Source: an uncultured delta proteobacterium (GTDB lineage: Bacteria; Desulfobacterota; Desulfobacteria; Desulfobacterales; QNYZ01). Taken from it: a stretch of 64,000 nucleotides of DNA. Positions 23,289 through 32,476 of this stretch are shown one piece after another (the first letter of the stretch is position 1; each line of letters begins with the position of its first letter). The position numbers were made by a program, and so were the translations under genes. The notes under the pieces were generated by a model. The model made no database searches and was not told the DNA's origin. It worked only from the letters and a program-made list of their open reading frames with translations. The stretch spans positions 32,001 through 96,000 of the forward strand of contig CAWJQU010000008.1 of the NCBI GenBank assembly GCA_963845145.1, written 5' to 3'.

Positions 23289-25171
23289 TAGAGCTCGTAA
23301 AAAGCTAAGGAGCCATTTTCAGCTGATTTGGTAATTTTAGTTGAGCTTTTACTATAATCGCGAAGAACTTCTTCACTCGTTGTTCAATTTGCTCTTTGAC
23401 AAGGCCGAGAAGTGCCAAAAGGGTGTGATGCAAAGCACCTGGTGGTTCGGATGGGCCTTTTTTCTGGTTTCTGAACCTACTTGCCCGTAGAATATTAAGA
23501 CCGATGGCTTTCATCATGACAGCGAAGCGGACCGCTTTCATTCCACGAACGCGAAGATGCTTCACGCCGGTTCTCCGATCAAATTCGGACATTGCCGCTT
23601 CAACGCCGGCCCGAAAACGATACACATCTTTAAAGGCGGCGGTGTTCTCATATTGCCTTCTTTTGGCAAGGCGAACATCTTTATCTTTGTAACGGTAATA
23701 ATAGGCCTTCTTGCCCTTGTTCACCGGGCACTGCTCGAATTGGGGACAATCGTGACAAATGGCTACAGGAAACGAAGCACTATAGGTCTTCTTGTGACGC
23801 CTGACTTTATCCGGTGATATCCCCTGAGGACATGACACGATCCGGCCTTGGTTGTTGATGGTAAAATCGATCAGGCTCATCTTTTTCCGGTTACCCGGCA
23901 TGACCGGTGAAATAACTTCAATGCCATGATCCTTGCGGGCTTTTTCGCAGTTGGTATCACTACCGTATAGAGAATCCGCCAGCATCTCTTCAGGTGCCAT
24001 ATTTTTTGTCTTTAAGTCGTCAAGCGCCGGTAAAAGGGCATTGGCATCATGTTCGGCAGCGGATTCAACCTCAACATGGGTAAACAAAGAAAGCTGTTTG
24101 TCATCACTTTCGGTATAATTTTCCACCACCTGCACCTGGTACCCCTGCCCCTTATGGCTGCTGTAACCGGCATCAGGGTCCGAAGGGTTCTGAAGCGAAT
24201 CCGACCGAATCTCTTTGTTCGGCCTGGCAAACGCCTTCTCTTCAGATGAACCCTCGCTTTTTGAAACCACACATTGTTCATTGAAAAGCCGGGTCAATAG
24301 CTTAAAACTGGTCATATCGTTAACCCGTGAAACAGACCCAAGGCGCCGAACGAGATAGAAAACATCCTGCGCCAATTGATCGAATGTGCGGGCCGACTCC
24401 GTCGGCTTGACCATGGCAAAAACGGCGGCTTCTTTCTTGATCAGATAACGACCGGTCAGGGCACTGTCGAGTCGGTCAAAAAGGCCCCTGTGATGCCGCT
24501 TCAGGTTGCGCAAAAACTTTTGGATGGTTTTGACAAACAGCCCGATTGGCCCAAGGTGGCGCATGTTGGATTGAATATGAACCGAATCGATCCGCTGCTT
24601 CTCCAACTGTACCTTAAAAAGAATTTCCAGCGTTTGGAAGGTTGTATCGAAAATCTCGTGATAGGACTTTTTCGTGGATAAGATGTCTCGCATACTCCAA
24701 AGGGTTTTTGAGCTGACGTATGCGGCTGTATCCGACGGATTGGTAATGTTCAAAGCAAAATGCCACTTGATATTGAAACAAAATTGTTCGACTGCCTGCT
24801 CGTCGGTTAAATCATGCATTTGTTGAAGAATCATCAAGCCAATCATGGAATAGAGCTCTTTGGTTGGACGACCGTTCCAATCATGATAGTATTTGCGTAA
24901 TGACTCGACGGGTAACTTCAGTAGGATTTCTTCTCTGAGAAGTCCCGCCCATGAAACTTGAAGCATTTTTCGCCTTTTGGGACCCAGGTAGTCCCACGGA
25001 TCGAAAATGTCTTGCTGTTTGTGATTTTTTACATGAAACATTGCCGCGCCTCGTATCTTGTTGTAATTACAAGGCTATGCTAACATAATTATGAATAACC
25101 GGCAAGAACTACTTTTGGTTATTTATCATAATTTTAGTTGGTTAGCTTTAACTGCTTTTTGCGATTCCATC
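23289..25171 (-). mobile_element. Insertion sequence (IS1182/IS5-like DDE group)
   Basis: Single transposase ORF flanked by an imperfect inverted repeat core tcgtaaaaagc (23295-23305) / gctttttgcga (25154-25164); exact ends uncertain. Confidence 0.7.
23305..25041 (-). CDS. DDE transposase
   Basis: GRPTK..MILQQMHDLTDE, RIDSVHI, NPSDPDAGY, LADSLYGS, Cys cluster and YRFRAGVEA..S..DRRTG..HLRVRG. Confidence 0.9.
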   Translation of the reverse strand: MFHVKNHKQQDIFDPWDYLGPKRRKMLQVSWAGLLREEILLKLPVESLRKYYHDWNGRPTKELYSMIGLMILQQMHDLTDEQAVEQFCFNIKWHFALNITNPSDTAAYVSSKTLWSMRDILSTKKSYHEIFDTTFQTLEILFKVQLEKQRIDSVHIQSNMRHLGPIGLFVKTIQKFLRNLKRHHRGLFDRLDSALTGRYLIKKEAAVFAMVKPTESARTFDQLAQDVFYLVRRLGSVSRVNDMTSFKLLTRLFNEQCVVSKSEGSSEEKAFARPNKEIRSDSLQNPSDPDAGYSSHKGQGYQVQVVENYTESDDKQLSLFTHVEVESAAEHDANALLPALDDLKTKNMAPEEMLADSLYGSDTNCEKARKDHGIEVISPVMPGNRKKMSLIDFTINNQGRIVSCPQGISPDKVRRHKKTYSASFPVAICHDCPQFEQCPVNKGKKAYYYRYKDKDVRLAKRRQYENTAAFKDVYRFRAGVEAAMSEFDRRTGVKHLRVRGMKAVRFAVMMKAIGLNILRASRFRNQKKGPSEPPGALHHTLLALLGLVKEQIEQRVKKFFAIIVKAQLKLPNQLKMAP

Positions 25172-25191
25172 AATAATAAAAGTGGTGCTAT

Positions 25192-25541
25192 TTGGGCGAT
25201 CAAATTTTATTAGACACGCTACTTGATCTTAATGGCGAAACCTTTGCCATGGAAAACGGCTATTGGGTCAAGTTTAATGCTCACCTTTGCCGCAGAGCCG
25301 CCAGATGCCCCATGGTATCCGCTACTCATTGACATTACATGATCGATACAATCAACGGATCATTGGCTTTGACAATGCCCATGCCATCAAGACCCGGTCT
25401 CGTAAACGATATCATGCAAGAAAGATTGCTTGGGATCACCACCATGAATTGAAAAGGGTGGAAAATTATCATTTTCAAACGCCTGGGCAATTGTTGGAAG
25501 ATTTTTGGAAAGCCGTTCATGCGTTTTTAAAATCAAAATAA
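25192..25541 (+). CDS. DUF6516/TumE-like toxin (one frameshift near 25285)
   Basis: LDTLLDLNGETFAMENGYWVKF in one frame continues as PHGIRYSLTLHD..RIIGFDNAH..WDHHH..LLEDFWK in the next. Confidence 0.7.
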
Positions 25542-25554
25542 AACCGAGGTTGTC

Positions 25555-25920
25555 ATGGTAAAACGAAAAATTAAAATAGGTATCATGTCCCGCGAAAATT
25601 ACCAAAAACGAACTATTGCCATCGCCAAAGGTGAACTGAAACCCAATCCTAATGATCCGCAAATTTGGTTTGAATCGTTGGAGTCCATGGCTCAAGTACT
25701 GAGCGGGAAAAACCGGCAATTGTTAGAACAGATCCGACAGCACAAGCCAAAATCCCTCACACAGCTTGAGGCTATTTCCGGCCGAAAAAAAAGTAATCTA
25801 AGCCGCACATTAAAAACCATGTCCAGGTATGGCCTGGTTGAATTGAAACAAGCTAAAGGGATGATTCAGCCGGTGGTAAAGGGTTCAGATTTTCGAGTTG
25901 AATTCAGCATTGGCGCTTAA
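25555..25920 (+). CDS. HTH antitoxin / transcriptional regulator
   Basis: IWFESLESMAQVLS..N..LL..I..KPKSL..L...SGRKKSNLSRTLKTM..YGLV wHTH; directly follows the toxin. Confidence 0.75.
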   Translation: MVKRKIKIGIMSRENYQKRTIAIAKGELKPNPNDPQIWFESLESMAQVLSGKNRQLLEQIRQHKPKSLTQLEAISGRKKSNLSRTLKTMSRYGLVELKQAKGMIQPVVKGSDFRVEFSIGA

Positions 25921-26056
25921 AAAACTATGCTCCGGTTGTTTCCATTCCATACTCCTTAATCAACGATTTTTGGTTTTTCATTGGCTGATAATTTTTCTTA
26001 ATCCAATCCGGTCAACATAGTCGAGTTTCAGCATAGCCCTTTCTAACGCCCAAAAA

Positions 26057-26093
26057 GCAGAAAACCTGCCAATGATATCAGCAGGTTATCTGC
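26057..26093 (-). terminator. Rho-independent terminator after tRNA-Leu
   Basis: gcagaaaacctgc / gcaggttatctgc hairpin with an A-run on its left (U-run on the minus strand). Confidence 0.6.
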
Positions 26094-26097
26094 AAAA

Positions 26098-26184
26098 TGG
26101 TGCCGAAGGGGAGACTCGAACTCCCACCGGGAAACCCCGACTAGACCCTGAACCTAGCGCGTCTACCAGTTCCGCCACTTCGGC
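26098..26184 (-). tRNA. tRNA-Leu(CAG)
   Basis: Reverse complement GCCGAAGTGGCGGAACTGGTAGACGCGCTAGGTTCAGGGTCTAG...GTTCGAGTC...TTCGGCACCA; long variable arm; encoded CCA. Confidence 0.97.
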
Positions 26185-26359
26185 ACGAAATATATTGATT
26201 TCGTGTTGACGATGTCTTAATGATATCTATTTTAGATGTCAAGGTAAATTTTGGATAATCTTGCGCCAAAAATACGCTTGTAAAATGATATTCCAAGTTT
26301 TCACTATAAACATTAATTAAATTAACTTAACTATCTGATATTTTATTTATTATTAATTT

Positions 26360-27295
26360 ATGATACGCATCAATTCACTGGATGATCTGTTCAGGCCATA
26401 TAATAACGCCGTCATAACCATCGGCAATTTCGATGGGGTTCATATCGGGCACCAGGCGCTGTTTCATGAGGTTATTGAACAAGCCGATGCCATCGGTGGC
26501 ACTGCTGTCGCAATGACCTTTGAACCCCATCCGAGTCGGGTTCTGAAGCACAACAACCATCCGCCGCTCATCACCTTAATCGAACAAAAAATGGAGTTGA
26601 TCGAAAGAGCCGGAATCGAAGTGCTGATCTGCGTGCCGTTTACCAAAGCCTTTGCCGACATCTCCGCCAAGGCCTTTGTTGAAGACCTGCTGGTTAAACA
26701 GATCGGCATGAAAGCCATTGTGGTCGGCCAGGATTACTCTTTTGGACAAAACCGCGAAGGCGACATCGATTTTCTGAGACGACATGCGCCCGCTTTTGGG
26801 TATGAGGTCATCGTGGCCGACTGGATTCAGGACGCCAAGACCCATGCGTTGCGTGTCAGTAGTACACGGATCCGTGAGCTGGTCATCGCCGGTAAAATGA
26901 AAGAGGCCCGGCAATTATTGGGGCGGTCCTACCAGATTCGCGGAGTCGTCGTTACCGGCCGAAACCGGGGCGGGAAACTCCTTGATTGTCCCACTGCCAA
27001 CATCAACCTTCAGGACGAATTATCCCCCGCTAACGGGGTTTATGTGGTCACCGTTGAATTCAATGATAACCAATACGTGGGGGTTGCCAATATCGGCTAT
27101 AGCCCCACCTTCGACGACCATGTTTTTACTGTTGAAGTTCATATTCTCGATTTTAGTGATGAATTGGTGGGAGAAAAATTACGCGTCAATTTTATCGATC
27201 GTATTCGGGACGAGATGAAATTCTCCGGTCTCGACGAACTATCGGAACAGATTCGAAAGGATATTGAAGTCGCCCGCGACATGCGATTGTTGTAA
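26360..27295 (+). CDS. ribF: Bifunctional riboflavin kinase/FAD synthetase
   Basis: TIGNFDGVHIGHQ, TFEPHP, VSSTRIR, PTANI and VEVHILDF. Confidence 0.96.
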   Translation: MIRINSLDDLFRPYNNAVITIGNFDGVHIGHQALFHEVIEQADAIGGTAVAMTFEPHPSRVLKHNNHPPLITLIEQKMELIERAGIEVLICVPFTKAFADISAKAFVEDLLVKQIGMKAIVVGQDYSFGQNREGDIDFLRRHAPAFGYEVIVADWIQDAKTHALRVSSTRIRELVIAGKMKEARQLLGRSYQIRGVVVTGRNRGGKLLDCPTANINLQDELSPANGVYVVTVEFNDNQYVGVANIGYSPTFDDHVFTVEVHILDFSDELVGEKLRVNFIDRIRDEMKFSGLDELSEQIRKDIEVARDMRLL

Positions 27296-27345
27296 TTTTA
27301 TTTTTTTTAAACCTCAACCTTCGATCACAACGCTATCTATCTAAA

Positions 27346-27867
27346 ATGTCATTGATATCGACAATATACCCCATACTGACTTATCCGGATAAATTTCTTC
27401 AACAGCCGGTGGCCGATGTTAAAGAAATCGATGGAGAGCTCCAGGATATCATCAACCGCATGGCGACCACTATGTACGATGCGCCAGGGGTTGGCCTTGC
27501 CGCGATTCAGGTCGGAATCGATCAAAAGCTGCTTGTTTATGATGTCGCTCCCCGAGATGAAAATCGGGAGCTTCACGCTTTGATCAACCCCACCATTATC
27601 GAATCCGAGGGCACGACGGTATCCCCAGAGGAGGGGTGTCTTTCCGTCCCTGATTTGCGGGCCGATGTCAATCGCGCCGCCCGCATTCATGTAACCGGGT
27701 ACGATCGTGACGGAAAGCCTTTGGATATGGATGTCGAAGGTTTTTTGGCCATCGTGCTCCAACATGAAATCGACCATTTAAACGGCAAATTATTCATTGA
27801 ACGGCTCAGCGCCCTGAAACGAAACCTCTATAAACGCAAAATCCAAAAGCAATTGAAACAGAAATGA
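27346..27867 (+). CDS. def: Peptide deformylase
   Basis: GVGLAAIQ, EGCLS and QHEIDHLNG. Confidence 0.97.
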   Translation: MSLISTIYPILTYPDKFLQQPVADVKEIDGELQDIINRMATTMYDAPGVGLAAIQVGIDQKLLVYDVAPRDENRELHALINPTIIESEGTTVSPEEGCLSVPDLRADVNRAARIHVTGYDRDGKPLDMDVEGFLAIVLQHEIDHLNGKLFIERLSALKRNLYKRKIQKQLKQK

Positions 27868-28826
27868 CCGACAAATCCCTCTCCCTGGTTTATATGGGTA
27901 CGCCCGACTTTGCCGTTTTGCCGCTTTTGGCCATCCACGAAAGCCGCCACCGCATTCTGAGGGTTATCACCCAACCCGATCGTCCCAAGGGGAGGGGCCG
28001 CCGGGTTACAGAACCGCCGGTTAAAAAAGCCGCCCGGCAGCATGGATATGATGTGGTTCAGCCAACCTCGGCCAAAGGCGATGATTTTTTCAAGCTCTGC
28101 TTTGAGCCGAATCCCGACCTACTGGTTGTTGCCGCCTACGGGAATATTCTTCCCCAAGCCATCCTTTCCCAGGCCCCATTGGGTGCCGTCAATATTCACG
28201 CGTCCCTTCTGCCCCGTTATCGGGGTGCCGCCCCGATCCAATGGGCCATCATCAACGGTGAAGACGAAACCGGCATCACCACCATGCAGATGGATGCGGG
28301 CATGGATACCGGTGACATTCTATTGAGCGCCCGAACACCGATCGGACCGGCTGATACTGCCGAGGTATTGCATGACCGCCTGGCAACCATGGGAGCCGAC
28401 CTGGTTGTTGAGACACTGGATCTGTTGGCTGCCGGCAAGCTGCAAGCGATCCCCCAGGATGACAGCCAGGCCACGGTAGCGCCATTATTAAAAAAAGGGG
28501 ATGGCCAAATCGATTGGCATCAATCAGCGATTGCCATTGAGCGTCTAATCCGCGGCGTTACCCCATGGCCCGGTGCTTATATGTTTTTAAATGATCGGCG
28601 TCTTAAAATCTTTCGTGCCCAGGTTGTTGGCTCGAAGGGTACTGTCGATTCAACGGATGATACCCCTCCGGGAACCGTGGTTAAGGGCTTTGCCGACGAA
28701 CTGCGTGTGGCCACCGGCGACGGAATTTTATCGTTGCTGGAACTTCAGGGTGCATCGGGAAAACGTTTGTCGGCCGCAGACTACTTGCGCGGACACGCCC
28801 TTCGTCCCGGCACGGTATTCAAATAA
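27864..28826 (+). CDS. fmt: Methionyl-tRNA formyltransferase
   Basis: YMGTPDFA, TQPDRPKGRG, NIHASLLPRYRGAAPIQ and MDTGD. Confidence 0.97.
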   Translation: MTDKSLSLVYMGTPDFAVLPLLAIHESRHRILRVITQPDRPKGRGRRVTEPPVKKAARQHGYDVVQPTSAKGDDFFKLCFEPNPDLLVVAAYGNILPQAILSQAPLGAVNIHASLLPRYRGAAPIQWAIINGEDETGITTMQMDAGMDTGDILLSARTPIGPADTAEVLHDRLATMGADLVVETLDLLAAGKLQAIPQDDSQATVAPLLKKGDGQIDWHQSAIAIERLIRGVTPWPGAYMFLNDRRLKIFRAQVVGSKGTVDSTDDTPPGTVVKGFADELRVATGDGILSLLELQGASGKRLSAADYLRGHALRPGTVFK

Positions 28827-28831
28827 GCGAC

Positions 28832-30241
28832 ATGCCAGATCCCATTCGCCACCAGGCCCTGACCCTATTAAATCAACTTGAAAACAGCCGACACACTTTG
28901 GACGGGTTGCTGGATGCTGCTTTAGAAGCCTCCCCCGTACCCTCACGGCGTGATCGTAACTTTATCTATGCGCTAACCCACGGCACCCTTCGTTGGCAGG
29001 GACGGCTCGATTGGGTCCTTGATCAATTCTCCAAGCGGCCGATCAAAAAAACAGACCCGGTTGTCCGCAATATTCTACGCCTGGGGCTGTTTCAGATTCT
29101 CTTTATGGATCGCGTCCCTGACTCGGCCGCAGTCAACACTTCCGTAGATCTGGCGAAAACAGAGGCCGGTGCCAAGGTAACCGGATTTGTCAACGCCGTC
29201 CTGCGAAACGCGATTCGCGGGCACCAATCGATTGAGCTTCCGGATGCCGCCGTCAATCCCGTTGCGGCCTTAGCCGTTCAAACGTCTTTTTCACCCTGGA
29301 TGATCAAACGCTGGATAGAGCGCATGGGGTACGATGAAACGGCGGATATGGCCAACGCCCTCAACACTATCGCGCCCCTGATACTGCGAACGAATACCTT
29401 GAAAACCAAACGCCGGGCACTGTTGGCCGCCATGGAAGCCGCAGAAGAAAAACCAATACCGACCCCCGGCTCGCCTTTGGGGTTGACCTTCGCCGGCATC
29501 AATCGGGCTGTAATAGATCTTCCCGGCTTTGACACGGGAGCGTTCCAGGTTCAGGATGAAGCCGCCCAACTGGTGACCTACCTCGTAGACGCCCGACCCG
29601 GCGACCGCGTCCTCGATGCCTGCGCAGGCCTGGGCGGAAAAACCGGCCATATCGCCCAACAGATGAAAAATACCGGTCACATCAGAGCCGTGGATATGCA
29701 TCCGGACAAGCTAAAACGCCTTGGCCGGGAAATGCAGCGCCTGGGTATCGTCAATGTCTCGACCCAGGTGGTTGACTTAGACGATGCCGCCGCCACGCGC
29801 CGCCTGGGAACATTTGACCGGGTTCTTTTGGATGCGCCTTGCTCGGGGCTGGGTGTTTTGCGCCGTCATCCGGATGGTAAGTGGCGGCATGGACACCATA
29901 GCCTATTGGAAATGGCCCAACGGCAGAAAAAATTTCTCGACCATCTGGCCCCAGCGGTGAAGCCCGGCGGCGTCCTCCTCTATGTGGTCTGCTCTAATGA
30001 ACCTGAAGAAAATGAGGATGTTATTAATCATTTCTTAAACAATCACACAGATTTTAAAATCTCTCCCGCCCTCCCCTATCTGCCTGACACAGCCCAACAT
30101 CTGGCCACGCCCAAAGGGTATTTTCGCTCCCTGGTCCATCGTCACAACATGGATGGTTTTTTCGCCGTTCGATTTAAAAAACGGCAGGCTGGCCAGAATT
30201 TAAAAAACAGAAGAACAAAACCCGTTCAAACGGTTTCGTAA
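28832..30241 (+). CDS. rsmB: 16S rRNA m5C967 methyltransferase
   Basis: NusB-like N-terminus; VQDEAAQ, LDACAGLGGKT, VLLDAPCSGLG and YVVCS. Confidence 0.94.
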   Translation: MPDPIRHQALTLLNQLENSRHTLDGLLDAALEASPVPSRRDRNFIYALTHGTLRWQGRLDWVLDQFSKRPIKKTDPVVRNILRLGLFQILFMDRVPDSAAVNTSVDLAKTEAGAKVTGFVNAVLRNAIRGHQSIELPDAAVNPVAALAVQTSFSPWMIKRWIERMGYDETADMANALNTIAPLILRTNTLKTKRRALLAAMEAAEEKPIPTPGSPLGLTFAGINRAVIDLPGFDTGAFQVQDEAAQLVTYLVDARPGDRVLDACAGLGGKTGHIAQQMKNTGHIRAVDMHPDKLKRLGREMQRLGIVNVSTQVVDLDDAAATRRLGTFDRVLLDAPCSGLGVLRRHPDGKWRHGHHSLLEMAQRQKKFLDHLAPAVKPGGVLLYVVCSNEPEENEDVINHFLNNHTDFKISPALPYLPDTAQHLATPKGYFRSLVHRHNMDGFFAVRFKKRQAGQNLKNRRTKPVQTVS

Positions 30242-30372
30242 AAAGCCTAAAATCAAGGCGCTCTTTGTTTCGTTTAGTGAGGTGTGCCTTTGTACGCCGC
30301 GGCAAACACGAAATAAAGTGCACCGCAGATAACGTGTCCGCCTCGGGTGGATTGTTTTTTTTACGGAACCGT
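30230..30372. mobile_element. MITE-like element with terminal inverted repeats
   Basis: acggtttcgtaaaaa / tttttacggaaccgt (14/15 match); overlaps the rsmB stop codon. Confidence 0.65.
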
Positions 30373-30451
30373 CAGTGTTGACACGCCAAATCGGCTTCCC
30401 TATAACCGGACCACGCAAGGTAACCTGCAATCAACAATACTGAATAATGAC

Positions 30452-31600
30452 ATGGCCACAACATTTAATTTTGACAAACCGATCAAGCGCCGAAATACAT
30501 CCTCTTTGAAATGGGACCGCTATCAGGACCCGAACATCCTGCCCATGTGGGTGGCGGATATGGATTTCGAATCGCCGCCCCAGGTGATAGAAGCGCTGCA
30601 TCGCCGGGTGGATCATGGCGTTTTCGGCTACTCCCGGCCACCGGAGGCGTTAAAGGAAAGTACGCTGGCCATGTTGAAAACCCGGTACAACTGGACAGTA
30701 AAACCTCACTGGCTGGTCTGGCTTCCCGGACTGGTCACCGGCATCAATGTCACGTGCCGGGCCATTGGGGAAAATGGCGATAACGTCATGACCACAATAC
30801 CGGCGTATCCCCCATTTCTAGAAACACCGGAACTTCATAAACGCACCTTGACCGCCGTGCCCCTGGCAGAAAACCCAAACGAGTGGGCTATCGATTTCGA
30901 CAGACTAGAACAGATGGTTACCCCTCAAACGCGCCTGTTTATTCTGTGCAGTCCCTACAATCCCGTCGGCCGCGTGCTTAACCGCCAGGAGTTGGCAAGG
31001 CTCGTCACCTTTTGCGAAAAACACGATCTGATCCTCTGTTCCGATGAGATTCACTGCGATCTGATCCTCGATACGTCTAAAACCCATCTGCCCACAGCCC
31101 TTTTGAGCCCTGAAGCCGCCGACCGAACGATCACCCTGATGGCGCCCAGCAAGACCTATAATATCGCCGGCCTGGGATGCTCGTTTGCCGTTATTTCCAA
31201 TGCCACTTTGCGCAAACGCTTCAAGCGGGCTATGGCGGGTATTGTCCCGGATGTCAATATCCTTGCCTTTTGGGCAGCCGACGCCGCCTACCGCCACGGT
31301 GAATCCTGGCGACGGGCCCTGATTGCGTATCTTCGCGAAAACCGCGACAGGGTTATCCGTGAGGTTAAAAAAATGCCGGGGCTTGATATCAAGCCGATCG
31401 AAGCCACCCACCTGGCCTGGATCGATACCCGGCGGGCAAATATTGAGGCCCCTGCCGCATTTTTTGAAAATGCAGGGGTCGGCTTAAATGACGGTTGGGA
31501 TTTCGGGACGCCGGGGTTTGTCCGGCTCAACTTCGGTTGTCCCCGTGCCACCCTTGATATCGGGCTGGCCCGTATGGCTGCGGCCATGGCTACCCTATAA
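30452..31600 (+). CDS. MalY/PatB family PLP-dependent cystathionine beta-lyase
   Basis: LPMWVADMDF, HGVFGY, LCSPYNPVGRV, SDEIH, APSKTYNIAG and RLNFGCP. Confidence 0.92.
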   Translation: MATTFNFDKPIKRRNTSSLKWDRYQDPNILPMWVADMDFESPPQVIEALHRRVDHGVFGYSRPPEALKESTLAMLKTRYNWTVKPHWLVWLPGLVTGINVTCRAIGENGDNVMTTIPAYPPFLETPELHKRTLTAVPLAENPNEWAIDFDRLEQMVTPQTRLFILCSPYNPVGRVLNRQELARLVTFCEKHDLILCSDEIHCDLILDTSKTHLPTALLSPEAADRTITLMAPSKTYNIAGLGCSFAVISNATLRKRFKRAMAGIVPDVNILAFWAADAAYRHGESWRRALIAYLRENRDRVIREVKKMPGLDIKPIEATHLAWIDTRRANIEAPAAFFENAGVGLNDGWDFGTPGFVRLNFGCPRATLDIGLARMAAAMATL

Positions 31601-31638
31601 GGTAGAAAACATAAGGTCGGATAAAAAACGAGGTCCCT

Positions 31639-32454
31639 ATGACAAATAGCCATTCGACATATGCGGAACTTGACAGGCCCGATGTATCGACACGCCTTTT
31701 TCATCCCCGCAAGGATCCGCCTCATTCGCCCCTGGGACCGGGCCGGGATGTCACCATCCCCGTATCGGGAGATGCCCAAATAAACGGTCGCTTTCATTGG
31801 GTTCAGGCCGATGGGCCGACCTTCCTCTATTTCCACGGCAACGGAGAGATCGTTTCGGATTATGATGACCTGGGCCCGATTTATAATGCCCTGGGCATCA
31901 ACTTATTCGTTGTGGATTATCGGGGCTACGGCCGATCCAGCGGCAACCCCTCCGTCTCGTCCATGATGCAGGATTGCCACACGATCTTTGGTTATACCCT
32001 GGAATGGCTGCAGGCGAATCAACATACCGGTCCCATTATGCTGATGGGCCGCTCCCTGGGAAGCGCATCGGTGCTGGAACTGGCCGGCACTCACCAGGAT
32101 CAAATAGACGGTCTGATCATCGAGAGCGGCTTTGCGTATGCAGAACCGTTGTTGCGCCTGCTGGGGATCGATCCCGAAGCCATCGGCTTCAAAGAGAGCG
32201 AGGGGTTTCGCAACATCGATAAGATCAGGTCCATCACTCGGCCGACACTGATTATTCATGCCGAGCATGACCACATCATTCCCTTTTCCGACGGCCAGGT
32301 GCTTTTCGAGGCCTCCTCCGCGGAGGACAAACGATTGGTTAAAATTCCCGAAGCCAACCACAACGATATCTTTTACCGTGGCCATGATATTTATCTTGCA
32401 GCCATTCGGGATTTTACCTCACGCGTGAGCAATAAAAACCGGCCCACGGGCTAA
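31639..32454 (+). CDS. Alpha/beta hydrolase
   Basis: YFHGNGE, DYRGYG, GRSLG nucleophile elbow, HAEHDHII and ANHND. Confidence 0.9.
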   Translation: MTNSHSTYAELDRPDVSTRLFHPRKDPPHSPLGPGRDVTIPVSGDAQINGRFHWVQADGPTFLYFHGNGEIVSDYDDLGPIYNALGINLFVVDYRGYGRSSGNPSVSSMMQDCHTIFGYTLEWLQANQHTGPIMLMGRSLGSASVLELAGTHQDQIDGLIIESGFAYAEPLLRLLGIDPEAIGFKESEGFRNIDKIRSITRPTLIIHAEHDHIIPFSDGQVLFEASSAEDKRLVKIPEANHNDIFYRGHDIYLAAIRDFTSRVSNKNRPTG

Positions 32455-32476
32455 ACCGGCCAACTTAAGGATTTAT

